IMG/VR virus record: IMGVR_UViG_3300045988_007243
Direction: 5' to 3' (one strand)
Source: a virus
Lineage: Duplodnaviria; Heunggongvirae; Uroviricota; Caudoviricetes
Length of the DNA stretch: 64,000 bases
Each line of letters begins with the position of its first letter. Within the stretch, counting starts at the first letter, position 1. Of this stretch, positions 38,461-48,472 are shown in pieces. A program made the translations under genes and the position numbers. Below the pieces are notes generated by a model. The model made no database searches. It was given only the letters and a program-made list of their open reading frames with translations, and was not told where the DNA came from.

Positions 38461-38688
38461 TTATAGTTCAGTTTCTCGTAATTCTTTACCTTCATCATAG
38501 AAGCATTTATAGAATGTGTCTATAGAGATTCTGGCAAAGGTGAGGTCTTCAAAGTATTCCTCTGGAGTTGTCCCTGTAAAACTAAAACTGTCGAGGCTGT
38601 AAAATGGTATCACTGTGTCGTGACTCACGAAAACACATGCTGACGTGACTTCTCCAGTATCTTTGTCAATTACCTCTAGAGCTTTCAT
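38461..38688 (-). CDS. hypothetical protein
   Basis: 75 aa ORF. Confidence 0.35.
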   Translation of the reverse strand: MKALEVIDKDTGEVTSACVFVSHDTVIPFYSLDSFSFTGTTPEEYFEDLTFARISIDTFYKCFYDEGKELRETEL

Positions 38689-38989
38689 AGCTTACCTTTT
38701 CGGTTAGTTCATATAAATCAACATGCTCAATACTGTCGATGTTGATATCAATCTTTTTGAAACGTTCTATCACTTCGTTGTCAGTCATCCATATCAGACA
38801 CCAATGATTCTGGATGGATTCTTCAAGAAGGTCAACACAATCTTTAAAAGTTTTTGTATCACTTCTTGTTCCTACCACTGCGATTGTTCCATATAACCAC
38901 TTACCGTTGCCATAGGTCACTTGTGCTACACCAACCTCTTTATCTTTCTCATAGTAAACGGCTACAAAATCTCTTCCATTAATCTGCAT
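38666..38989 (-). CDS. hypothetical protein
   Basis: 107 aa ORF. Confidence 0.35.
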   Translation of the reverse strand: MQINGRDFVAVYYEKDKEVGVAQVTYGNGKWLYGTIAVVGTRSDTKTFKDCVDLLEESIQNHWCLIWMTDNEVIERFKKIDINIDSIEHVDLYELTEKVSYESSRGN

Positions 38990-38991
38990 AG

Positions 38992-39261
38992 TTACTTCCT
39001 CGTTTTAAGAACTGCTAAGATTTCTTTAGAGTCTGGTAAGAACCATGTGTAGTGATTCTCTTTGATTTCTGGATGAGTGTCAACCTTTATTTTGCACTCT
39101 TTACCAACATGCTTAAGTTGTGCTGTGACACCTTGCATAAAGATATGGCACATCACATTATCCATAATGGTTGGTGAGAAATCAACCCGCATATAAGTTT
39201 CTTTTGGTCGTGGTAGCAGTAAGTACCCTTCTACATAGAAAGTATCTTCGTTCTCTGTCAT
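38992..39261 (-). CDS. hypothetical protein
   Basis: 89 aa ORF. Confidence 0.35.
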   Translation of the reverse strand: MTENEDTFYVEGYLLLPRPKETYMRVDFSPTIMDNVMCHIFMQGVTAQLKHVGKECKIKVDTHPEIKENHYTWFLPDSKEILAVLKTRK

Positions 39262-39527
39262 TGCTGCTTATTCCCTAATAAAATCATGTCAATAAGGTTA
39301 TTAGCTTTGATTGTACACTGGTAAAATCCGTCACGGTAGAACTCAAGTGCTGCTGCTACATCACTACCTGTGTTGCCTTTGATAATATACCGTGATTCTT
39401 CTTGTGTGTACTTATCACTCTCACTTACTTGGGAGTTTTTGAATGTACTGCTCACTTTGTTCGTTGAACACCCTGACATAGTTATCAGTAACACAAACAT
39501 TATAAAACTCTGGCTTAGTTTTTTCAT
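39258..39527 (-). CDS. o-spanin-like lipoprotein (embedded/overlapping)
   Basis: 89 aa; signal peptide with lipobox (LITMSGC); start lies inside the preceding ORF in another frame. Confidence 0.5.
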   Translation of the reverse strand: MKKLSQSFIMFVLLITMSGCSTNKVSSTFKNSQVSESDKYTQEESRYIIKGNTGSDVAAALEFYRDGFYQCTIKANNLIDMILLGNKQQ

Positions 39528-39768
39528 ATGTTAGTACCTCTTTTGTATGCTTATTCTTAGCAAGCACATCTTTCAAATCATTTTTGTAATTGGTGCTGAG
39601 TGTGGCTAAACCTTCCTGATAAGCATCTTTAGCAACACTTATTAGTTTCTCATTATTTAGCTCAGTTTCAGCAACTTGATAGTCTCTGTAAGAGTATCCT
39701 CCCCAGACACCTGCACCAACTAAGAAAACAATTATGAAAGTAGCTTGACAGAACTCTTTAAATGTCAT
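39421..39768 (-). CDS. i-spanin-like protein
   Basis: 115 aa; N-terminal transmembrane helix then helical periplasmic domain; overlaps lipoprotein gene. Confidence 0.5.
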   Translation of the reverse strand: MTFKEFCQATFIIVFLVGAGVWGGYSYRDYQVAETELNNEKLISVAKDAYQEGLATLSTNYKNDLKDVLAKNKHTKEVLTYEKTKPEFYNVCVTDNYVRVFNEQSEQYIQKLPSK

Positions 39769-39792
39769 TTAACAATCTCCTAAAATGAAAAA

Positions 39793-39815
39793 GGCTCCCG
39801 AAGGAGCCTGTATCT
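39793..39815 (-). terminator. intrinsic terminator
   Basis: Minus RNA: aggctccttcgggagcct hairpin followed by TTTTTCATTTT. Confidence 0.55.
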
Positions 39816-39820
39816 TAACC

Positions 39821-40285
39821 TTAACCGAGGACTTTAGCAAGGATATTCGCAGCCATCGAAGAAGCTTTTGCAGCAGCAGCTACCCCAGCTTTGATAGCGT
39901 TATCCTTGATAGCAGATACCGTTGCAGCATCAGTAAAGAGATAAGTAGTTGTTTTAGAACCACTTGTAAAGGAAAGCATAAGAGCAGTTTCCAGATTGAA
40001 AGAGCGATACGGAGCACCTTCTTTAACGATACCTTCAGCACCTAATTCTGAGGCCATCCCCATATCATAGATAGTCATCAGGTTTTCTTTGTGTGCAGTC
40101 GTTGAACCAGAACCTTTGACGTGTTTCTTAACATTCAAAAGAGCACGATACTCTCGGATGTTGCCGTCTGCTTTTACATTGACAGCACGGAAGATTTTAC
40201 CCTCAAAGTTGTTCTTGATAATGTTACGAACTACTTCAGATTTGTTTGCCGTAACGTCCAGTGCTACCGTAATGATATTGTTCAT
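39821..40285 (-). CDS. hypothetical protein
   Basis: 154 aa, Ala-rich C-terminus. Confidence 0.4.
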   Translation of the reverse strand: MNNIITVALDVTANKSEVVRNIIKNNFEGKIFRAVNVKADGNIREYRALLNVKKHVKGSGSTTAHKENLMTIYDMGMASELGAEGIVKEGAPYRSFNLETALMLSFTSGSKTTTYLFTDAATVSAIKDNAIKAGVAAAAKASSMAANILAKVLG

Positions 40286-40409
40286 AAGTTTTCTCTCAAT
40301 GTTTAACTAACATGGTTTTGATGTGTGGAAGGATTCTGTTCACCTTCTGCACATTCTTCTCTGTATCTTCTATAAAACATACTATATTAAAGTAAGGAAG
40401 AATGCAAGA

Positions 40410-40991
40410 CTAAATCATCCTCACTTTCAAACTTTCTGCACTTATAGAGTTAGTTCCAAAACCACGCATAAAAAGCAAGTAATCATGCTCTATATTGTGC
40501 CTTAAAAACATCTCAGTAGGTATTCTCTGAGATTCACCTCTCGCTGTCAAGAGTCCAATTGCAGCATGGTTAGCAATTGCATCAATAATATTGAAAACAT
40601 ACGTTGGTTTTGCTCTTACAGAGTCAAGCAAATTAGTGTACTGTGAAAATGACCCATCAATCAATTCTGTTGAGCAATCTTCGTGATTAAAATTTGTAAG
40701 AACACCATCAATATCTGCTAAGATGAGGTTACCTTTTTCTACAAGGTCTTTATTGACTATGACTAAGCTGTCACGCCTTACACCTATAGTTTGTCCAGTC
40801 TCTTTATCTACAACATTCACAATTGTCTCTGATGTGTGGAACTCTTCGAGTGAACATACAACTTCTCTTGCGGTGTCTTCAAAATCCCTACACTGTTCTG
40901 GAGTCCATACACAGGAATCAAGACCTAACTCATGAGGGTGCAAGTCGTAAGCATGGCACAGTACTTCATCAGACTTTCTTAATTTTTTCAT
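40410..40991 (-). CDS. HAD-superfamily hydrolase-like protein
   Basis: 193 aa; motif I-like LILADIDGVLTN. Confidence 0.4.
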   Translation of the reverse strand: MKKLRKSDEVLCHAYDLHPHELGLDSCVWTPEQCRDFEDTAREVVCSLEEFHTSETIVNVVDKETGQTIGVRRDSLVIVNKDLVEKGNLILADIDGVLTNFNHEDCSTELIDGSFSQYTNLLDSVRAKPTYVFNIIDAIANHAAIGLLTARGESQRIPTEMFLRHNIEHDYLLFMRGFGTNSISAESLKVRMI

Positions 40992-41517
40992 GGTTTACCT
41001 TAGAAATGTTTGTTGCAAATTCACATTGAGCAATCACTTTCATATTGTTATAGACATCTTGAGAATATTTCTTAGCTTTAGGAATTTTGTATGAATACCC
41101 AGCATTATAAGATGCTAAAACTTTTTGTAAAGTCTTCTTTGACTTTGGTTGACCATGTACCTTCGTCCAAAACTCAAGCTCTTTGTGAGTTTCCTTAGCA
41201 GCATAATCAAAGTCTTTTAAGAGTTTCTTTTTAGCCACATTAGGACTAATTTTGTTACGCTTTACAACAGTCTTCAAGTGATTCTGGAAAATACCATAGT
41301 CATGGGTCTTTTTATTCTCTACCTTCAGACCTAACTCTGACTCTTGTAAGGCTATAGCAGCTAGAGTGATACCCCAACCTTTACCCATATTATTCTCACC
41401 ATACTGGTAAGCTTTTAACATGTTTACTTTTTGGCTAATTGATAGCTCTGGGCAGTCAACTGCATAAGATAAGTGTGCTGTAAACATTAAGCACAAACCT
41501 AGAATCAATTTCTTCAT
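40969..41517 (-). CDS. secreted lytic transglycosylase (SLT domain)
   Basis: 182 aa; N-terminal signal peptide; SLT motifs (ALQESELG, YGIFQ, SYNAG). Confidence 0.55.
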   Translation of the reverse strand: MKKLILGLCLMFTAHLSYAVDCPELSISQKVNMLKAYQYGENNMGKGWGITLAAIALQESELGLKVENKKTHDYGIFQNHLKTVVKRNKISPNVAKKKLLKDFDYAAKETHKELEFWTKVHGQPKSKKTLQKVLASYNAGYSYKIPKAKKYSQDVYNNMKVIAQCEFATNISKVNHEKIKKV

Positions 41518-41577
41518 TGGTTCCCCTGTTTAGTTTATCGTGACATCAATTATACAGCACTCTGCACAAAATACAAA

Positions 41578-41608
41578 TAAAAAAGGCCGCCGAAGCAGCC
41601 TTTTAAGA
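41578..41608 (-). terminator. possible intrinsic terminator
   Basis: aaggc-N10-gcctt hairpin followed by T-rich run on the minus strand. Confidence 0.35.
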
Positions 41609-41617
41609 AATTACTTA

Positions 41618-42727
41618 TTAGATTTCACGTTTACGTTGAGAGATGAGTTCACCAGCAGTGCCAACGATGACATGCAAAGCTTCAGTCTTACCGTCCCATG
41701 CTTCCAGCACTTTACGTTGATTATCAACGATTGCTGCAACTTCATAACGAGAGGAACGCATCTTCATATCGTTGTAATCAGTTGGAACAGATACAACATC
41801 TCGTGGATGGACACGAACCTTCAGGATTGTATCACCTGAGAAGCAACGAACATAATCCCAAGCACCAACATGAAGACCTTGAGAGCAAGTTACGTTACGG
41901 TTATTATCAACCATCCAACGTGGCATTTCTACAATGTTACCCAAATCATTAGGCACTTTGTAGGTGTGAGAGTCAACCAGCTTGCCTTCACGAGTAGAGA
42001 CTTTCTTCCAACCAATGATGTAGCCTTCTTCATCAATTTCAACATCAAGGTGAGATACAAATCCCCAAAGTTGTTCTACAGAATCTTTAGATGGGTTTTC
42101 CATCAGTTTTTCGAAGAACATCACAAGGCGTTCGAAACCTTTATCTCCAGTCTTCATCATGTGAAGAATACGGTCAACCAGAGTAGAACGCATCTCAACA
42201 GCACCGTAGAATAACTTGTCACCTTTGATTGTGATAGCTCCCTGCGTGAAGTTTTCGATAGACTTACGAATGTTCATCAGTTCAAAGGCTTTCTTGAACT
42301 CACCTTTCACAACATGAACTACAATCTCTTGATAGTTCGGATGAGTAGACTCAACAATTTCAGATTCTGAACCGTAAGTCATAATTACAGAGTCGCCAGT
42401 AATCATGTACTCAATCTTGTCATCTTTCTGCATAGCTTCGTGCAGTTTATTTACTGGAGCTTTCTGTACAGAATCTTTAACAACCTTTTTAACTGGCTTG
42501 TCAGCTTTCTTTTTAAAGGTCTTAGCAACTTGCTTCAAAGTCTTCGTAGCTGGTGTAGAAGTCGCCTTTTTATTCCCTTTTAAGGTTGCTTCATGACGCT
42601 CTACAGCACGACCGACTGAACGGGTTGAGGTATTAAATTTCTGTGCAATAGCTGTTTTAGTCAGCTTGCCCTCTTTAACCAGTTTGTAAATTTCTGCGTC
42701 AATCTGTGCTTTAGTTTTGGTAGTCAT
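41618..42727 (-). CDS. rIIB: rIIB-like protein
   Basis: 369 aa with N-terminal HTH-like segment, immediately downstream of rIIA-like gene. Confidence 0.45.
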   Translation of the reverse strand: MTTKTKAQIDAEIYKLVKEGKLTKTAIAQKFNTSTRSVGRAVERHEATLKGNKKATSTPATKTLKQVAKTFKKKADKPVKKVVKDSVQKAPVNKLHEAMQKDDKIEYMITGDSVIMTYGSESEIVESTHPNYQEIVVHVVKGEFKKAFELMNIRKSIENFTQGAITIKGDKLFYGAVEMRSTLVDRILHMMKTGDKGFERLVMFFEKLMENPSKDSVEQLWGFVSHLDVEIDEEGYIIGWKKVSTREGKLVDSHTYKVPNDLGNIVEMPRWMVDNNRNVTCSQGLHVGAWDYVRCFSGDTILKVRVHPRDVVSVPTDYNDMKMRSSRYEVAAIVDNQRKVLEAWDGKTEALHVIVGTAGELISQRKREI

Positions 42728-42806
42728 CTTATTACTCTCTCTTGTTAGTTAATAAATCATTTTGTGATGCTATTCTAAGGGGCTTTGAAGCCCCTTGTCA
42801 AACACT

Positions 42807-45173
42807 TTAATCGTAAATTGTAGTCCCTTCTGGAACACACTTCACATCAAAGCCTAAGAACTTACCCACTTCGATAGGTGACACTTTATTCCAATCTAAA
42901 TGAGAAAGCAAGAAGTTTTCTTGTTTTCTTTTTGAAAGGTAGTTTGTCACCTTAATGACCATGCGGTCACCAGCTTTCTTAATTTTCTTGTAAAGCTTTG
43001 TATCATTGTCAAGGCATTCTTTCAAAGTTTGCAATCTACTAACAGTGTAAGTGTATGCAAACGGTGCAGCAACGTATTGGATTTTACCGAACATTGCCTC
43101 TACAGCCTCTTCATTACCTTCTAGGAAGATAGTTTTGTTTGTATCCAGTGAATAGCAATAACCACGAGAAATCTTCCTATTATTGAATGTAAAGTTTCTG
43201 GCAATAATCCAGCTACTTGTAAGGTCAAGAACACCATCCATGTAGATGCGTGTCATATACCTGTTATGATTAATCCAATGAACATCAGTTAAGCTGTCAT
43301 TCAAGAGCTTCTCATCTACTTCAATCCAGTCTTCTGGTATCTTTTTCCAATTTGCTTTTCGGAAAACATAGACTGTCTTTCCAATAACATTAGCAACTGA
43401 CTTAGCTACATCTTCTGGGGATGAGCAAAAACATCTACCATCAACTGTGTCGCCTACTGCCTTGATATAAAGCTGAGACTCTTCAATTGTGTCTAAGTCC
43501 TCTGACACCTCTTTGTAGGAGGCTACACCTTCTGCTGGAACAGCTTTCCAGAGTTTTACAACACCTCTTACAGCTTCTTTACGCTGGTAATGGTGTTCCT
43601 TATCAGACATTTTCACAATCTTTAACAAGCTTTTATCAAGTTTGTGCAGATTGATTAAGTCATCTAACTCTTTTTCAGTCGAGAATACAAAGACAATACC
43701 ATTGTATCTGTGAAACAGACTAGACTCACTTGCATAGTCTCGACATGCACCACGCAAGATTTGGTTACGCCCAACAGTCTTCTCAGTGCCATTTTTATTT
43801 CGACGGTCATTAATCACGAACAAAAACTGTCCAATCTGGCTTTTGCGCATTGCACCAAAGATGTTGAACATGCTCGCCTCTTGAGTGTAGGATAGTGCTG
43901 TTGCACGAATCTTACTCTCTAAAGAGTTAAACTTGACATAAGCAACTGGGTCATAAAGATAATCTACTTTAGGGATATTGTTCCCGTTCCTATCAACCTT
44001 AATATTACCTTTACCGTCACGTTCGTAAATGACTGAGCCGTCTTCTGCGTAGATAATTCCACGACGAATGTTTAGCAATTCTTCTTCCAGAGAATCAAGC
44101 TTAACACCTCCCCACTCTAGCTTTGGACACACAGCATTAAACATCTCTCGTGAGTTCAAACGTAACTCAGCATAAGCCTGTGCAGCATCCATGAGTGTAG
44201 GTTGACTATTAACTTTCTTGATAACATCCTTTGTAATCGCTTCAGTTATCTTTTTAGTAGCCTCAATGATAACATTTTTTGTCGTATCATTCATCTGCAA
44301 TGCTTCACGAGAAGCTGCAATAGCAACTGAACCAATAGGCATGTAGATGTTTACAAGGTCTACGCTCCTACGGAAAAACTCTGGCAAGACTTTGAAGAAA
44401 TCATCACCAAGTAATGCTTCCATGTTCACTGGATAGGCAATATTACCCATCACCACATTAAACTCTGTCCTGTTACCACTAGAACGCCAGCTTTGCTTAT
44501 GAATCATGGCATCATAAACACCTTCTTCACGGGCAATGACGTTCATATCTGCTAATACATCGTCGTACTCAATATTACTTTCTGGTTTTACAGTGAAGTA
44601 TGAGTACACATTTCCAGCTTCTTCAAAGAACTTTGAGATACGGTGGTCAGCAACTGCCACACGTACAGCTAAACCATTAGGTTCTTTTGTTGGGTTAGTT
44701 GTCAGCTTAGTTACTTGAGGGATACCATTCTCAAGATAAACAGAGTACTTATTAACAACACCGTCAACATAGCTAGATACTGTGAATGACTGAGCAATTG
44801 CAAATGGTGACTTTGAGCCGATACCCATTGCACCAATGTAGTCATTAGAGTCATTCTTCGTAGAAGCTCCATAGTTTAGGTACAAACTCATAACTTTATC
44901 ATGAGTCAATCCAGTTCCAAAATCACGAACTTCAAAGTAAGGCTCAAAACGAGTAGGTAAATGCACATGGAACGGGATGTTCTCTTTTCCAGCTTCTTTC
45001 TGAGCATCTACTGCGTTACATGACAGTTCACGAATCACTGCCCTTTCTTTAAAGGTATACACACCAGAACTCAAAAGGCTGAACATCTCAGGTGTCATTG
45101 TAATCTGTGCTTGAGACGTCTCTAAAGAAGTTGAACTCTTAATCACTTCTGCGTGGTCATTTACCATGCGCAT
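42807..45173 (-). CDS. rIIA: rIIA-like protein (N-terminal GHKL/HATPase_c-type domain)
   Basis: 788 aa; N-terminal ATPase-like motifs (ELSCNAVDA, RDFGTGL, GAMGIGSKS); size and rIIB-like neighbour. Confidence 0.55.
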   Translation of the reverse strand: MRMVNDHAEVIKSSTSLETSQAQITMTPEMFSLLSSGVYTFKERAVIRELSCNAVDAQKEAGKENIPFHVHLPTRFEPYFEVRDFGTGLTHDKVMSLYLNYGASTKNDSNDYIGAMGIGSKSPFAIAQSFTVSSYVDGVVNKYSVYLENGIPQVTKLTTNPTKEPNGLAVRVAVADHRISKFFEEAGNVYSYFTVKPESNIEYDDVLADMNVIAREEGVYDAMIHKQSWRSSGNRTEFNVVMGNIAYPVNMEALLGDDFFKVLPEFFRRSVDLVNIYMPIGSVAIAASREALQMNDTTKNVIIEATKKITEAITKDVIKKVNSQPTLMDAAQAYAELRLNSREMFNAVCPKLEWGGVKLDSLEEELLNIRRGIIYAEDGSVIYERDGKGNIKVDRNGNNIPKVDYLYDPVAYVKFNSLESKIRATALSYTQEASMFNIFGAMRKSQIGQFLFVINDRRNKNGTEKTVGRNQILRGACRDYASESSLFHRYNGIVFVFSTEKELDDLINLHKLDKSLLKIVKMSDKEHHYQRKEAVRGVVKLWKAVPAEGVASYKEVSEDLDTIEESQLYIKAVGDTVDGRCFCSSPEDVAKSVANVIGKTVYVFRKANWKKIPEDWIEVDEKLLNDSLTDVHWINHNRYMTRIYMDGVLDLTSSWIIARNFTFNNRKISRGYCYSLDTNKTIFLEGNEEAVEAMFGKIQYVAAPFAYTYTVSRLQTLKECLDNDTKLYKKIKKAGDRMVIKVTNYLSKRKQENFLLSHLDWNKVSPIEVGKFLGFDVKCVPEGTTIYD

Positions 45174-45359
45174 AATACTTTCCTCTTAGTTTACTGTTAA
45201 ATTACTTATTAAACATTTTACCAGAACCACCACACATAGGGCAACAACCTGCTCTTGTATAACCTTCTCCGTTACAGTAGTCACACTTCTTGTGTTCTGC
45301 AAAGTACTTACAAAGAAGATAAACAAGGACTGCTACACTACCAAGTGACAGTAAAATTT

Positions 45360-45695
45360 CTACCCAATATGCTTGCATGACTCACCTCTCATGTTTTTGT
45401 AAAGGATAAAGCTTCTGTCATGGACGATACTTGTAGATACTGCAAAGTTACTTTCAAGCATCTGTTTGTTTGGATTGTAGAAGCTTTTTTTAAACTCGTC
45501 AAGCGCAAATTGGTGATGGTCTGGAAGACCTTTTACACAAACCTTTATTGTGATTGCTGCTGCAATCTTGCCAGTCAGTTCTTCTTTAGCTGCTACTAAA
45601 ATTTTGTTAAGGAACTTTTTACCATCTTCAGGTTTCTTAATGTTCTCCCAACGTTCTTCTAAGACAATGTTGATGTTCATCTCTTTGATTTTCAT
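45360..45695 (-). CDS. hypothetical protein
   Basis: 111 aa ORF. Confidence 0.35.
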   Translation of the reverse strand: MKIKEMNINIVLEERWENIKKPEDGKKFLNKILVAAKEELTGKIAAAITIKVCVKGLPDHHQFALDEFKKSFYNPNKQMLESNFAVSTSIVHDRSFILYKNMRGESCKHIG

Positions 45696-45713
45696 AATCT
45701 TCTCCAGAAATTA

Positions 45714-45738
45714 AAAAGGCTCCCGTAGGAGCCTCTTA
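45714..45738 (-). terminator. intrinsic terminator after NAMPT-like gene
   Basis: Minus RNA: aggctcctacgggagcct hairpin followed by TTTTTAATTT. Confidence 0.55.
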
Positions 45739-45748
45739 TCATATACTT

Positions 45749-47530
45749 TTAAAGCTGCTTGTCAATATTATTTCGAATATCACCAAGAGTTGTGTAACCG
45801 AACTGCTCAGAGTCACTAAAGACTAAACGTAAAGCACAAGCTGGGTGGTCAAGTACATCTGCAAAACTCTGGAATCCATAGCCATCTACAGCTTTCAGCT
45901 TATCACCATCCCACATAGGTGCTACACCACCAAAGGCAGATTTCTTAACACCACTATCTGTTTTAGGGTCTTTTGCAAGCATAATCTCTTTACCACCAAT
46001 GCTTGCCAGAGTTGCTTTGACAGCAAATGCAAAGGTGTCACGAGTCATGTACTGGTAAGTGTAAGAACCTACACCAAACACTACGTTAGAGCTTGCAAAA
46101 CCCATTTCATACAAACGCTTCAGTATTTCGTTTGCACGTTCCAACGTGATAGAGTCGCCATAAATAAGCCCGATATGCTCATCCAGTACTTTAAAACCTT
46201 TAGAGTTGATAGTTCCCCCAAAGATGTTATACAGTGTCTTGATAGCTCCATCAATCTCCGCTACAGGACGTGTTACAACGTTTGCAGAACCAACCATATA
46301 AGCATTTTTCAACAGCACTGTATCAGCAACTTCAAAGTCTTCTCTGTCAACAACCATTTCGTAGCCTTCTGACAGTAGCCATCCAGCAATACCATAGTTG
46401 ATGTTTTCAAGCTTCATGTTCAGAACAGCATTCAACATTGTGTCGCTGGCTTCCAGCTTGCTTAAGTGTTCGTAATAAGCCTTTTTAGCACACTCTAAAT
46501 GGATTGCTTTGTATCCTGTGACAATATGTACAGGGTCTCCAGAGTCAGGGCGAATTACCAGTTTACCATCACGTTCCATAATTTCTTTACGGAGTGCTGG
46601 TAAGATTTCTGACACAGTTCTCCAGAAGTTATAAGTATCTGAAACAATACTTGCAATACCAGTTGGGTAAGTTTCTGTTAAGAAACGACGGAAGGTTTGT
46701 AACTCACCTTTAAAGCGTCTTTCTTCTTCAATCAACTCATTACCACCTTCCCAAGCAATGTTTGCACACATTACAGAGTGCTCAGTGGCTGGTACAGAAC
46801 TACCAATATCAGAGATTAGGTAAGACTGACCATAGATTCGTTTAGCCGTGTATACAGCAGGGAAACTATCAGTTCCTTTAAAGCTGGTTAAGTGACCTAC
46901 AGCATTAAATGCGTCATCAGTAAAGCCGGACATACCACGCATAGCAAAGTCATGGCACTGATAAGGCAAATGTAAGTCGTTGTCACAAGTAAGGTCAGAC
47001 CACTTCTTACAGATACGTTTGTAGTGCAATGCAATAGTTGCAATGGTACAAGCCTTCCAAATCTCAGCAGAGAAAGCATCTTCCAGATATCCCGCTACCC
47101 AATGGAAACCTGAAACAGTGTTCTGGAAGACAATCATTGGTACACGCATAGGAACAACTGTGCCTTCTTCTACAGCGTAGACTTCAACTGGTAGATAACC
47201 TAAGTCGTGGAGTGCTTCCCAATGTTCTCGACCAATAGCATCTTTGCCCAGAACACCGTTCATGATTTCTAAGATTTCGTCAATTGCTTCTTTTTTGTCA
47301 CGTTCAAAGAAAGTGGCGTTCCAGTGGTCTATCAAGTAATCTTTAACGAAACGTTGAATACCAAAAGCTACTACACCATCAATTGCTAAAGGGCTGTTAA
47401 ACCATTTATCGCTACGTGGTGTCAGGTTCAGCATAAGGTACTGTGTGGCATCTGGATACTGATATATATGTGATGCCTTGTAAGCATCTGCGTTTAAACC
47501 TGCTGGTACTGCATAAAGTGATTTAGTCAT
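45749..47530 (-). CDS. nicotinamide phosphoribosyltransferase family protein (NAMPT/NadV or Namat-like)
   Basis: 593 aa; NAMPT-family signature incl. HDFAMRGMSGF...GHLTSFKGTDS. Confidence 0.75.
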   Translation of the reverse strand: MTKSLYAVPAGLNADAYKASHIYQYPDATQYLMLNLTPRSDKWFNSPLAIDGVVAFGIQRFVKDYLIDHWNATFFERDKKEAIDEILEIMNGVLGKDAIGREHWEALHDLGYLPVEVYAVEEGTVVPMRVPMIVFQNTVSGFHWVAGYLEDAFSAEIWKACTIATIALHYKRICKKWSDLTCDNDLHLPYQCHDFAMRGMSGFTDDAFNAVGHLTSFKGTDSFPAVYTAKRIYGQSYLISDIGSSVPATEHSVMCANIAWEGGNELIEEERRFKGELQTFRRFLTETYPTGIASIVSDTYNFWRTVSEILPALRKEIMERDGKLVIRPDSGDPVHIVTGYKAIHLECAKKAYYEHLSKLEASDTMLNAVLNMKLENINYGIAGWLLSEGYEMVVDREDFEVADTVLLKNAYMVGSANVVTRPVAEIDGAIKTLYNIFGGTINSKGFKVLDEHIGLIYGDSITLERANEILKRLYEMGFASSNVVFGVGSYTYQYMTRDTFAFAVKATLASIGGKEIMLAKDPKTDSGVKKSAFGGVAPMWDGDKLKAVDGYGFQSFADVLDHPACALRLVFSDSEQFGYTTLGDIRNNIDKQL

Positions 47531-47575
47531 CTTTTAATATCTCTCAAAATGGGGCTTTTAAGCCCCTATAAACTT

Positions 47576-48472
47576 TCAATCAAGGTTTGCTACAGTAACT
47601 TGGCCGTAATGTGTTAAGCCACGGTCTTTAGCTTCACCTAAAGAGTTTGTAGTGTAAATATGGTCGATACCATTGTCAAGAAGGTTTTCAACATCTTTAG
47701 AGAAGATACCATGTGTTACATAAAGCTCCACACGTTTTGCACCTGCTTCACGTAGGTGTTTAGCTGCCTCTATGAAGGTTCGACCACCATCACAGATATC
47801 ATCCAGAATCATGACGGTTTTATCTGCCAAATCAACATCATCAAGGATTCGCATACCAGTAATTTCACCAGTCTTAAGGTTACGTACTTTAGACATTGTG
47901 ATGTATGGTTTATCCACCTCTTTAGCAGTCTCTGCAATCTTCTTAGAAGCACCTGCATCTGGGGCTACTAAATAATCAATCAAAGGGTCATTCGCATAGT
48001 GGACTGCAATTTCCTTTTGAGGAATACTTTGGAAGCAGTTAAACAGGTTATCTGGAACGTAACTGTGAGGGTCAACTGCACAGACTGCACCAAATCCCAT
48101 TGCATTTACCTGTTTAGCAAAAACCTTTAAAGCTGCTGCGTCGCCTTTAAACATGTGACGGTCATAACGTGCATTTGGTAAGTAGTAAAAGATGACAGTC
48201 TTTAAAGCATAATCATGAGGAATTAAATCATCAATTGCTTCTTTAGCAAGTGCCACAGCAAACAATGTATCCTTATCATAACCTTTTACAATCATAATCA
48301 CATTGTTGATGGATGATGCTGCATAAGCAGTGAAATCAACAAACTCTGGCGAAAAGTGTCCACCAATCTCACCAGAAGGAAATTGGATGATGTTAAACTC
48401 TTCTTCATGAGTCCCTTTAGTTGGTGAATGAACTGTAACACGGATAGATGTTTTCATAGTTTTCTCTCTCAA
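47576..48472 (-). CDS. ribose-phosphate pyrophosphokinase family protein (PRPP synthetase-like / possible ADPR-PP synthetase)
   Basis: 298 aa; type-I PRTase/Prs C-terminal motif (VMILDDICDGGRTF); N-terminus diverges from housekeeping Prs. Confidence 0.65.
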   Translation of the reverse strand: MREKTMKTSIRVTVHSPTKGTHEEEFNIIQFPSGEIGGHFSPEFVDFTAYAASSINNVIMIVKGYDKDTLFAVALAKEAIDDLIPHDYALKTVIFYYLPNARYDRHMFKGDAAALKVFAKQVNAMGFGAVCAVDPHSYVPDNLFNCFQSIPQKEIAVHYANDPLIDYLVAPDAGASKKIAETAKEVDKPYITMSKVRNLKTGEITGMRILDDVDLADKTVMILDDICDGGRTFIEAAKHLREAGAKRVELYVTHGIFSKDVENLLDNGIDHIYTTNSLGEAKDRGLTHYGQVTVANLD

